From IMG/VR virus record IMGVR_UViG_3300032032_000001, positions 64,001 through 128,000 of that record: a stretch of DNA of 64,000 nt; one strand, 5' to 3'. The notes below the pieces were generated by a model that did no database searches, was not told where the DNA came from, and was given only the letters and a program-made list of their open reading frames with translations. Source of the DNA: a virus. The position numbers and the translations under genes are program-made. Shown here piece by piece: positions 20,099 through 29,800 of this stretch (the first letter of the stretch is position 1; each line of letters starts with the position of its first letter).

Positions 20099-20887
20099 AT
20101 GTCATCTTTAGACACACTTATACAAAAGCTTGCTGGGGCCGCCTCTTCCGCTTCCACGTCCGAATCCTCTTCGGCAAACCCACCTAGCAAGGAAGCGACG
20201 CTAACGGACCCCGTGTATGTCGAGAAATTGGCCTCTGCGGTCGATTTTATTATCGATACCTGGGGAAGTGAGCCGGAAGAGGTCGGGACCACCGCTCGAC
20301 CAGAGCTAGATAATCATACTGCGGTCAAAACCGCTGCACCAGTGGAAGAAGTTCCGGCTGAGGCAGTAGTAGAGGCCGATATTAACTCTGTGACTAAAAT
20401 CTCAGAACTCTTAAAAACCAAGCTTCAAACAAAGCTTGCTTCCCGCCGTGAGGCTGAAAGCGCTGCAATTGAAGAACGTGGCTCTCAGATCGCAGAAAGC
20501 GTTCTAGGGAAGCTTCTTGAGTTAAGAGGCGATGTTGACGAGTTGAAGAACGAGTTCAACGACTCTACCCCGGAAGAGGTAGAGGATGTTATTGCTCGGA
20601 GCTTCTACTCAGATAATAATGATAATAATATGGATAGCGAGAACGAATCTGACTCAAATGAGGCAGATGGTGAGGCAGCGATCAAGGCAGCAGCCGCAGA
20701 TCAAAGTCTTGCTGATGTGCTGAATGCAGCACTTGGTACTGACGAACAAACCGATGAGAGTGTCCAAGAGGACACAAAGACCGCTGGGGTTCGTGGTAGC
20801 GATGGGTCAACTAAGACCCGTAAGGCGGCCACTACGCTTCTAAAAGAGAAGTTAATGGCCAAACAAGGTGAGGAGGCACAATCATGA
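20099..20887 (+). CDS. Acidic scaffold-like protein
   Basis: IQKLAG, PSKEAT, VEKLAS, AVKTAA, QTKLAS, DTKTAG; acidic and helical. Confidence 0.65.
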   Translation: MSSLDTLIQKLAGAASSASTSESSSANPPSKEATLTDPVYVEKLASAVDFIIDTWGSEPEEVGTTARPELDNHTAVKTAAPVEEVPAEAVVEADINSVTKISELLKTKLQTKLASRREAESAAIEERGSQIAESVLGKLLELRGDVDELKNEFNDSTPEEVEDVIARSFYSDNNDNNMDSENESDSNEADGEAAIKAAAADQSLADVLNAALGTDEQTDESVQEDTKTAGVRGSDGSTKTRKAATTLLKEKLMAKQGEEAQS

Positions 20888-21231
20888 GCAAACTAACCAA
20901 GGAATCAACCCAAGAGGTGTTGTCCCAAGTACCTGAGGCCCTTAGGGCTTTAGTTGACGAGAACACCAAGCTCGCATCTGCTTTGGCAGAATATGAGCGC
21001 AGGGATAAAGCTGAGGAAATCGTTTCAATGATGGATGCCCGTGGCTTCTCAGACAAAGCAACTCCTTTTAAGAAGAAGGTGGCAGCCCTGTTAGCTTCTA
21101 AGAAGGATTTGTCTGTAGTTAAAGAAGCTCTGGCCCTATCCGCACCTGATTTGTCCTTTGCATCACTCTCCGACGTGCCGGAACATAGAGATGCAACATC
21201 CGCCTTCGAGAACTTTCTTCTCGAAGATTAA
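20884..21231 (+). CDS. Small coiled-coil scaffold-like protein
   Basis: GAGGAGG RBS; helical; ends AFENFLLED; two genes upstream of MCP. Confidence 0.6.
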   Translation: MSKLTKESTQEVLSQVPEALRALVDENTKLASALAEYERRDKAEEIVSMMDARGFSDKATPFKKKVAALLASKKDLSVVKEALALSAPDLSFASLSDVPEHRDATSAFENFLLED

Positions 21232-21253
21232 ACTGTAACTGGAGGAAAATAAA

Positions 21254-21835
21254 ATGGCATTACAACCATTAGAAGCCACCAGACGGCGGAGTGTAAGCCC
21301 TACCACGTCAACTCTTCACATGCTTGTCGAAGATATTGACTGTAGTGCTTTAACTGCTGCGCCCGAAGATGGTCAATTTATTGTCGCGGTCTCTAAGACT
21401 GGACAGGACGGGGCTGGGCTAACGCTCAACCACGACAACGCTGGATCTGTTGATTCGTTAGGCGCTGGTCTGTCCATGGTCTGGGGTTCCGCTCAACGGT
21501 CTGATCGACAGGCACGAGGAGACGCTCGCGTCCCCGTTATCCGCAAGGGTGGCGGTCGCTTTCGTACCAAGTGTTTCTTGCGTGACGACAACGATGGTGA
21601 TCTTTCAACTAAGTACATCGAGGGTGCGGCGTTAACCGTTGCTCCCCCGGCTACGGCGTTGCAAGGATCTACTGATCGTTTGATGATCACAACCGTCTCG
21701 TCTGCTGCTGGCAACGACAACTGTTGGGTTATTGGTTACTGCATCCGCGTAATCACTGATTCGATTGTTTCCGGAACCGGCGAAATCGAGTTTTACCTGT
21801 ACGACCAACCACGTCTCGTCCAGACGGACGACTAA
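21254..21835 (+). CDS. Putative capsid decoration/cement protein
   Basis: Beta-rich 193-aa ORF immediately before MCP with a strong GGAGG RBS. Confidence 0.55.
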   Translation: MALQPLEATRRRSVSPTTSTLHMLVEDIDCSALTAAPEDGQFIVAVSKTGQDGAGLTLNHDNAGSVDSLGAGLSMVWGSAQRSDRQARGDARVPVIRKGGGRFRTKCFLRDDNDGDLSTKYIEGAALTVAPPATALQGSTDRLMITTVSSAAGNDNCWVIGYCIRVITDSIVSGTGEIEFYLYDQPRLVQTDD

Positions 21836-21847
21836 AGGAGGATAATC

Positions 21848-23044
21848 ATGTCTAGTGTACCTAGCGAAGTCCTCAACGAGTTGTTTGTAAGCAAACTCGA
21901 TTCTGAGGCTGGAAAAGAAAAGATCGCTGCTCTTGGTGGCGATTACATTAAAGATCGTTTGCGTGAGGAGAGCTTTGCTCGCAAAATTCTTCCCCCGAAG
22001 ACGGTTTCACGCTCTGACCTTCAGGTCAGTGTTAGTCACGATACCCTGGTTAAGATCGTAGAGGTCGAACCCCAGAGCCGTGCCATGAGTATGTCTTTCC
22101 GAGGTCAGCCCTCGGTTAAGTACTACACTGGTCCGCGCTTTGAGGTGCCCTTCCACACGGTGGGCTCCGAGCGATACGAGCAGACTGAGCAGGAGTTGAT
22201 GGCATACACGATGCCTATTACGGAGATCATCCGTCGTAACATCGTGAACGACATCCAAGAGGTTGAGGACACTGTGTTCTTGAGCCACATGGAGTCGGCA
22301 TGTCAATCGCTTCAGCAGGATGCACAGGATCTTGTCTTTGGTGCTGATTACGCGGCAAACGTTTCTTTCACTGCAAAGAACGTTAACGCAAACAGCGTCC
22401 CTGAGATTGGTAAGTGTAAGGGTGTTGATGTCCTTCAAAACGCGGACGCTGGCTTAGCCGACGGTCTCGCAAACGACGAGGACCTTGCGTTCCCCGTCCA
22501 GAAGGATGACTTCATTAAGTTGTTCCAACTCTTCACGGGCTCGGGTAACCGAGGTTCGCGTCTGCGTTGTGATCAATTCCTGATGACTGATACCGATTTT
22601 GAAGATCTTAACGCTTGGGTCCATGCGGACATGGGTGAGAAGATTGTCGGTGAGACTACTGTTGACGGGTACAAGTACTCTACGGTTATTGGCCGTAAGT
22701 TTGTTCGTACCTTGAAGACGGACATTCTCCGCCCCGGCAATATCTACGCCTTTGCTGCCGCTGAGTACCTTGGTGGCTTCTTGCTTCTCAACAAGACGAA
22801 GTTCTACGCTGATAAAGAGCGTAACCGAGTCTCGTTCGAGGCGTGGGAAGATATCGGCATGTACATCGGCAACGTTGCTGGTGTCCGTAAGCTTGAATTG
22901 TATGCAGGTTCTGTTGAGACCGTTACTGCGACTCCCAACACGAACACGCGTGCTGCTCGCTTGCCTGTTGATGAAACCGATCTCGGTAAGAAGAACAACC
23001 TCGTCGAGGAAGGCCAGACCTTCCCCGCCGTAACGTCCTTCTAA
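21848..23044 (+). CDS. Major capsid protein (HK97 fold)
   Basis: 398 aa; RLREESFARKILPP and DIQEVED patterns; strong AAGGAGG RBS; followed by a UUCG hairpin; lies after protease and scaffold genes. Confidence 0.8.
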   Translation: MSSVPSEVLNELFVSKLDSEAGKEKIAALGGDYIKDRLREESFARKILPPKTVSRSDLQVSVSHDTLVKIVEVEPQSRAMSMSFRGQPSVKYYTGPRFEVPFHTVGSERYEQTEQELMAYTMPITEIIRRNIVNDIQEVEDTVFLSHMESACQSLQQDAQDLVFGADYAANVSFTAKNVNANSVPEIGKCKGVDVLQNADAGLADGLANDEDLAFPVQKDDFIKLFQLFTGSGNRGSRLRCDQFLMTDTDFEDLNAWVHADMGEKIVGETTVDGYKYSTVIGRKFVRTLKTDILRPGNIYAFAAAEYLGGFLLLNKTKFYADKERNRVSFEAWEDIGMYIGNVAGVRKLELYAGSVETVTATPNTNTRAARLPVDETDLGKKNNLVEEGQTFPAVTSF

Positions 23045-23053
23045 TTTGCCCTC

Positions 23054-23100
23054 GTGGGGGTGCCCCTGGCTTCGGCTGGGGGCACCTTCCACTTACTTTA
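23054..23100 (+). terminator. Hairpin/terminator after the MCP gene
   Basis: GGTGCCCCTGGC-TTCG-GCTGGGGGCACC stem-loop followed by T-rich sequence. Confidence 0.7.
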
Positions 23101-23116
23101 TTTGGAGGTAATAAAG

Positions 23117-23677
23117 ATGCCTTACATCATCAAAGCATTAATTGGCGGTCGAAGAGACCCGCTACACAAGCCCAAAAAGGGCGGTAGGCATTTGTCCCCT
23201 GCCTCTCGACGCGCATATGGGCGCTTGACAATTGGGAACAGAACTATCAAACGCGGAAAACAGATTTCCGTAAGTGACGATGTCTATGATCAATTTAAGA
23301 CTAAGATTGACGCACTCGCTGAGAGCGGAATCATTGCTCTTACCAAGACAGGTCACACTAAGGATGGGTGGAAACAAGAACAGCTCCACGCACCAGCGCC
23401 CCCTGCTCACGCCCCTGAGCCACCCGCTCCAGAGGTTAAAGAAGAAGAGCCTACACGGGGTGTAATTGAAATCGATATGTCTCCAGCTGACGAGCCAGTA
23501 GAGGAGCCCGTTGTTGTGGCTGCCCCTGAGCCGGAGCCAGAAGAGCCGAAGGCCGAAGAGCCCGCCCCAAATAAGCGTGCATCTAAGAAGGTATTGGCTA
23601 AGGAAGACAAAACTGAAGAGGCACCTGCCGAAAAGCCAAAGAGACGTGGTCGAAGAAAAAGCAAGAAGGATGACTAA
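23117..23677 (+). CDS. Hypothetical protein with a P/E-rich linker and basic tail
   Basis: GGAGG RBS upstream of ATG 23117 (MPYII). Confidence 0.7.
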   Translation: MPYIIKALIGGRRDPLHKPKKGGRHLSPASRRAYGRLTIGNRTIKRGKQISVSDDVYDQFKTKIDALAESGIIALTKTGHTKDGWKQEQLHAPAPPAHAPEPPAPEVKEEEPTRGVIEIDMSPADEPVEEPVVVAAPEPEPEEPKAEEPAPNKRASKKVLAKEDKTEEAPAEKPKRRGRRKSKKDD

Positions 23678-23935
23678 ATGTATATTCGAAGCGAAAGAAA
23701 GGCTTGGAATATCGAAGGAACCTACTTGATTCCTGGAGCCACCATGTCCATCGATCAGGCAACGTTGAGTAAATATCAGCGTCTGGTCGATAGGGGTGAC
23801 TTGGTTGTGTTTGAGAGAGACCCAAACGCAAAGAAGGTAGCTGCTAAGCCTACGGTGGAGGTCCCTCCTGAGAAGGAGCCTAAGCCTAAGGCAAAGAGAA
23901 AAAGAAGCACTAAGAAGAAGGTAACTGATGCCTAA
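23678..23935 (+). CDS. Small basic hypothetical protein
   Basis: 85 aa with a Lys-rich C-terminus. Confidence 0.6.
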   Translation: MYIRSERKAWNIEGTYLIPGATMSIDQATLSKYQRLVDRGDLVVFERDPNAKKVAAKPTVEVPPEKEPKPKAKRKRSTKKKVTDA

Positions 23936-24461
23936 TGATCCTCTAAAGCCTAGCGGTGATGCGCACGGAATCGATGCGTCTGCGAAAAAGGGATTGCCAG
24001 AGAAGCTGGTAAATCTCATCGCACTGATCCGCGCAAAGCTTAGGGATTATCCGGAACTCAATCGCCTTATTGAAGGTAACGAAACCTCTGATAGAGAGAT
24101 CGCGTTTGCGATCATGGAAGCAATTGACGACTTCAACACATCTCCCCCACTTATCGGGCAGTTTGGGTTGGAGAACTTTCCGTCTACCTCCCTTCTTATC
24201 AGAGGCTCTATTATCAACGTGCTTGAGTCTGTCGGCTTACTACAGACACGTAACCAAATGAACTATTCAGACGGACAAGGCTTACAAGTTGGTGTCTCTG
24301 ACAAAGCTCCCATGCTCATGAACTGGATTAATCTCTATACGAACCAGTATGAGCAGAAGAAGTTTCGTCTTAAACAGGCAATCAATCTTGGCGGAGCTTT
24401 GAACGGCTCAGCGGTACCTTCCGAGTATGTGCTCGTGAATGGGTACTTTGATGATCTGTAG
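23928..24461 (+). CDS. Putative head-tail adaptor/neck protein
   Basis: Helical 177-aa ORF (IRAKLRDYPELNRL, NQMNYSDG) downstream of MCP. Confidence 0.55.
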   Translation: MPNDPLKPSGDAHGIDASAKKGLPEKLVNLIALIRAKLRDYPELNRLIEGNETSDREIAFAIMEAIDDFNTSPPLIGQFGLENFPSTSLLIRGSIINVLESVGLLQTRNQMNYSDGQGLQVGVSDKAPMLMNWINLYTNQYEQKKFRLKQAINLGGALNGSAVPSEYVLVNGYFDDL

Positions 24462-24472
24462 GAGATACTGAT

Positions 24473-24901
24473 ATGGCACAGATTCCAAATAAGAAGCTTG
24501 AGATTCTGAATTTCGGTCAACCAGTTCCGCTCGCGGACAACGGGACCGAAGTTATTAAAATCCCAGACTCACACCTTTACACGAACTTCTCCCTTACCTT
24601 GGGCACGCTTACCAATGTAGCTGTCACAGTTTCGGGCCTTGTTTCTGGATCAACTGAGCCTGGGGTCGCCGCCCCCGGAGCCAACGTAGGCTCTAAAGAG
24701 ATTGTGCTCATCGGCGGATCCACAACGAACAACGAAGTTGATGTAAAGCCTCAGAAGAACCAAACGTCCACCTGGGCCCTAAGCACTCCTTTTCCGGGAG
24801 GTGTAGAGGTCACAGTTGTAAACACTACCGGTGGAAATGTCGTGCTCAATTTAGCAGTGATGATGTCTGGGTCTCTGTATAGCTCGGGGAGGAACTCATG
24901 A
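24473..24901 (+). CDS. Small beta-rich virion protein
   Basis: 142 aa, T/V/G-rich; AGGAG RBS. Confidence 0.5.
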   Translation: MAQIPNKKLEILNFGQPVPLADNGTEVIKIPDSHLYTNFSLTLGTLTNVAVTVSGLVSGSTEPGVAAPGANVGSKEIVLIGGSTTNNEVDVKPQKNQTSTWALSTPFPGGVEVTVVNTTGGNVVLNLAVMMSGSLYSSGRNS

Positions 24902-25260
24902 ACCCATTCGACACTTTGGCCGAGAGTAACACCGACGACAACTACCTTGCGCGTGTTGAGTTCTTCTTAAGCCTTAAGGAAAAGATCGGAAGTGTTTCGT
25001 CCGTCAAATCTATCGCTAAGGATGAGGTTAAGGCCCTTCTTAAATCTAAAGGCGTCGGCAGCGCCAAGCTCAGAAGCGCACTTTCTGGGAAGATGAACAA
25101 GCCTAAAGACATCCCAGGGTTCTCCAAGAAGCTTGGGCCCAAGTCTGATGTAAAAGTCAAAAGCACCAAGATCAAGAGCCCCGACAAAGTTAAAGCACCC
25201 AAGAGTGAGGCTAAGCAGAAGCTAGTCTCCGCGCTTAAGAGACTAAAGGCGGGGATCTAG
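24898..25260 (+). CDS. Lys-rich hypothetical protein
   Basis: Acidic N-terminus, KEKIGS motif, then a very basic body. Confidence 0.55.
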   Translation: MNPFDTLAESNTDDNYLARVEFFLSLKEKIGSVSSVKSIAKDEVKALLKSKGVGSAKLRSALSGKMNKPKDIPGFSKKLGPKSDVKVKSTKIKSPDKVKAPKSEAKQKLVSALKRLKAGI

Positions 25261-26156
25261 TGATCAAAGTCTCGGACATACGGGTACGCAGCTTTAATGT
25301 TGATTACCTAGATATCTATTGGGATATCGAGCCCGCGTTCGAAGACTTGAATAACTATGAGTTTGTTGTAGAGCGCTCCGAGAACGAATTCGGTCCGTAC
25401 GAGCCGCTTACAGGGCCCATCATTGACAAGTATCACATAAGAGATATTACCCTTCGTGGCCGATTTACATATTACACGAAAATATACTATCGTGTCCGTG
25501 TTAGTAATCGCGAAACGGGGGAGAGCTTAGTATATCCTGAGACTGGTGGCTCGAAGTTAGCCGCTAAGCCGGATTTAGCCGCTCTAGAGATGGCAAGACT
25601 TAACAACCTAAGACTGAAAGAGTTTTCCGGAAGGAAGCTGTGGATCTTCCCAAAAAGAAAGATGGGGCAGCGGTGTAGTATCTGCTGGGACCAGACATCT
25701 GGGAGAAAGCTTAGGTCACAATGCCCCAACTGTTTCGATACTACATGGGTCGGGGGTTATCATGCCCCTGTTGAGACCTACGGCTTAATTGCCACACCAA
25801 ACGAGCAGACTATCCACGCGAACTTCGGAAACGTGGAAAATGAGAACACTTCATTTAATCTGGGAAACTTCCCTGAGTTGTTTGAGGGCGATCTCGTCGT
25901 GGAGGCCGAAAACGTCCGATGGCGTGTGGCCTCCTCCGTGTCTAAAGTAAAGAAATCTCGTTCGTTGGTACGACAACAGGCTGCTTTGCATAGAATACCT
26001 AAAGGGGATATCGAATATAGAATTCCTCTTAACCTCTCCGATGAAGAGATCAGCATTTTGACTGCTTCCCCGGAAAGGAATTATACAAACCCCCAGACAA
26101 TGTCTGAGGCTAAATTGTCTAATGTGTTAACCGACGTTTTTGGAAATAGATCTTAG
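25260..26156 (+). CDS. Putative neck/head-closure protein with FN3-like N-terminus and Zn finger
   Basis: YEFVVERS...YYRVRV; RCSIC...CPNCFDTTWVGGY. Confidence 0.5.
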   Translation: MIKVSDIRVRSFNVDYLDIYWDIEPAFEDLNNYEFVVERSENEFGPYEPLTGPIIDKYHIRDITLRGRFTYYTKIYYRVRVSNRETGESLVYPETGGSKLAAKPDLAALEMARLNNLRLKEFSGRKLWIFPKRKMGQRCSICWDQTSGRKLRSQCPNCFDTTWVGGYHAPVETYGLIATPNEQTIHANFGNVENENTSFNLGNFPELFEGDLVVEAENVRWRVASSVSKVKKSRSLVRQQAALHRIPKGDIEYRIPLNLSDEEISILTASPERNYTNPQTMSEAKLSNVLTDVFGNRS

Positions 26157-26157
26157 A

Positions 26158-26778
26158 ATGACTGCTTTAGCGAACGAAACCACCTTTGTGCTGCCTGACG
26201 ACCGACTGGTCGTAGCAACACGTGCGTGGATTATCTTCCTACAAGGCTTATTTAAAGGTCGTCCTGCCGGTTTTCATAAGTGGTCTCCCAATATTGATGA
26301 GACTGAGATTATAATTACAGATCAGAACCCCTCTCATATCGAGAGCACGAACAATAGACCGATTATTTGTACAGCAAGAGGTCCAGCAACATGGTCAGGA
26401 ACTTCATTAAGCCAAGCGATGCAGCCAGTGTTTCATTCGCCAGCCAAGGTGATGTCCGACATGATGGGGACTTCGATGACACTTAGTGTGGTTGCCAGGG
26501 AAGGGTTAGAAGCCCAGAGTCTGGCATACTTGATTTTTAGAATGATACCTATCTTTAAGCCGCAGATTATGCGATTGGGAAGAATGCACGCGATTGGTAA
26601 TAATATTACCTTGACCCAGGAAACCCAAATGGGACAAATTGTCCCTGGCTCGTCTACACCTGAATGGAAAATGGTCCAGTTAATGATTCCATTTTATATA
26701 CAGGATGTAATATCGGCAGATGAGAAGGACTTCTACTCAATGGTGCAAGCTGTTAACCTACATATGGGTTTGGGATAG
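26158..26778 (+). CDS. Putative tail completion/terminator protein
   Basis: Located directly upstream of the sheath gene; alpha/beta pattern. Confidence 0.45.
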   Translation: MTALANETTFVLPDDRLVVATRAWIIFLQGLFKGRPAGFHKWSPNIDETEIIITDQNPSHIESTNNRPIICTARGPATWSGTSLSQAMQPVFHSPAKVMSDMMGTSMTLSVVAREGLEAQSLAYLIFRMIPIFKPQIMRLGRMHAIGNNITLTQETQMGQIVPGSSTPEWKMVQLMIPFYIQDVISADEKDFYSMVQAVNLHMGLG

Positions 26779-26802
26779 CAAACCGACAGGAGTAATAAAG
26801 AA

Positions 26803-29800
26803 ATGGCAACGCTTACTCGTCCAGGCGTCGAAATCGCACAAGAAATTACTGCGGGTGCGCCGACAATATTGACCCCAACTTTGGTTCCGTGCCTAGTTGG
26901 GCCTTGTTTTCAAATCGTCTCCCCTCTGACCGAGGATGGTGCTTTGAACACCGGGGCTATCGTTTCGGTAGCCGCCCTTGTTCAGAGTGATCAACCGCTT
27001 CCAGCGGCCCTGAGTTTATCAGGTCGTTCGATGCAGATTAAGGTCAACAATGGGCAGGTGCAAACCATCAACTTCCCAGTGACTATTAACGGCGAGGCAA
27101 TCGACCACGCATTAACTGTTAATACGATCAACAAGCAGCTCACGGGCGCTGTTGCGGAAATCGTTGGTGATAAGCTCAACATCCGGACCAACTCAAAGGG
27201 TTCCAGTCAGAGTATTGAGTTAATCAATATTGCTGACCCAAATGTTGAGGCATATTCACTCTTAGAGATTAACCAACTTGTTGGTGTGGTTGTTACTGGC
27301 CAGAGCCAGTACACTAATATCTCTTACACTGTCCCCTACTCCAGTTTTCCGTCTCCGATGGCTTCCGTGGACGAGGTAGTCATTACAGACGAAAACACTA
27401 AGATGTACCGATACTTCGGTGGGACTCTTAGAGAATTCTCTGAGGATAGTGCAATTAATACGAACGCTTACGCGTGGAACGTTATGCAGGTTGCTGACCA
27501 TACGGTCGCCTCCGCACATAGCCCCGCGTTTGGAGACTCTAAGTCTTGGATGTTCGGCAAGGTTAAGGCTGGGTCTAAGACAGACACCATGCAGCACCTT
27601 GGTTCCGATGCCTACCTAGAGTTCCCCCTCTGCCATGATGTGGCCCCTGATGGAGGCTCCCTCGGAGTAATGACCCAGTGGCCAGACCCCCGTGGAAAGA
27701 ACAAGATTGTTCTCCACGCTAAGGGTATGAGTGACTACACGAGCAGCGGAATTCTCTCTTCTATGGGGACTGCCGCAAGTCTTGGTAATGCTGGTAATAA
27801 TCTTTCGCTAACCATGTCGCACAACGCTGGTCTTGGTGATGGCGCTACGGTTGTTTATACGCCGGGTACCGGTCTAGAAGTGACCGTTTCCGACGACACC
27901 ACTTTCGCCACGTTGGCTGCTGCTATTGCTGCATCGCCATCCTTGGCTGACGCCTCGGGCGAGATGTCCGTAACGCTGGAAAGTGATGTGGACGACCCTG
28001 CCGTAGCAACTGTGCGTAATTTCACCGCAGGTAACCCTGCTGGAGCACCTTGGAACAACGCCAACACGTGTTCCCTTAACCTTTCTTACGGTTCTGACCC
28101 TGTTGACTTTAGCATCGACGCTCCAGTCGCTGAGGGTTGTGGCCAAGGTGAGGCTAACAACGAGAACCTCTCGCAGGCACATGTTTGTGGCGCTGTTCCA
28201 ATCGGCGGCGGCGACACGGCAACCGACCTAGGCATCGCTGGGGAGACCATTAGTGTCTCTATCGACGGTGGCGCAGCTGTCTCCCATACCTTTATTGGTG
28301 GGGACCCTGTTATTGGTGGTCTGAACACCGCCCTGACTGGGGTAGGTACTGCGACGCAGGTTGGTTATGCCTTAAGCAATGATATTGGCGAGACTTTTCA
28401 GCCTATCCGAATCACCTCTGTCTCAGACAACGGGCACGACTCTACTATTGAAATCTCCGCAGATAACGCACTTGTTATCCAGAGACTGTTTAGTGGTTCG
28501 GCCTCCGGTTCTGGCTCAGCCGCCCCGGCTGCTCAGACTGCCGCTCTGAATGAAGATCGTGGCGGGCTCCTTACCTCTGCTGCGTACAACGCTGTCACTG
28601 GGCAGAATGAGTCGGTCAACCAGCGAGCCTTGGTTCCTGGTAGCGTGACGATTCAAATCGACGGAGCCGTCGCCATTGGCTGTATCGCGGGAATCGGTGA
28701 CGATACCTGTAACGCCACCGCTGGTAACGCAGCCGCTACTGTTAATATTGAGGTTGACGGCGGAGCGACCAGTTTTGACGTTAATATGCCCGCTGGCGGA
28801 TGGCCGGGAGACCCGGGCGCTGCCGCCGCTGCTATGCAGGCGGGAATTGTTGCCGCCGGTGGTGGCTTAGATTCCCAGATCTGTGCTTCAGAGCACGCGG
28901 GAACTGTTGTCATCTCCAGGTTCTCCGGCAATGTTGGCGACTCTATCGCCATCCTCAGTACCGGTGACGCTGATCTTGCTGCGTACTTTGCGAACACGGA
29001 TGTGACATCCACTTGCGAAGCAACCTCCATCACTCTTAGGGACTCTGGCGCAAGCCCTGCGTTCCGAGTTGAATGTACGGCTGCCTCCACTGGATCTCAG
29101 ATTGGTGTAGCTGGAACTCTTGATGAGTGGGTTATGGGTGGAGCGGAGGCCGACAATACTGGTAGAGCCGCGACACAGATCAACTACTCCTCGGGTGACA
29201 TTAACTTCGCTTTTGCTGGTGACGATTTCGCGGGCGCTTACGCCGATGCACATCCGATTACCATGAAGCTCGGTGCCGCACCTAGCGCTACGGTTACTTA
29301 CAACCGATCTTGGGCCAATACGGTTCAAGCGGCTAAGCAGGGGTATACCGGAAAGCTTCATCACGGTCAGAGCAACAGAACGATTCTCTCCGACTTTGTT
29401 TCACACGATGGCAATGTCCTTGGTCGCGTTTCTGCGATTGAAGACTTCGCTGCTGGGGGTGCTACTTTTAGTGGAGCCCAGGTTGTCCTTTCTGAGTTCG
29501 CTCTGGACAACAAGCAGCTCTCTAACAAGTGGTACATGACTGCTGACGGCGTAGTTGCCGGATCTGTTGACAACCCACGTGTTGAGCCTGAGGCAAGCGG
29601 AAACGATCTTGAGCAGATCTACACTCTGAAGCACGCTCTTAACCGAGACTCTTCGGGCGTAGCGATCTCCGGAGGCGCAGACATCTATGTTGACTACAGC
29701 GCTCTCCGAAGAGACGTTACAGGATCTGCTGCGGACCCAGGATTATTAGTCTTTAATAGTATTGCTGAAGTAGAGGCAAATATCGGGCCTATTAGTCCTG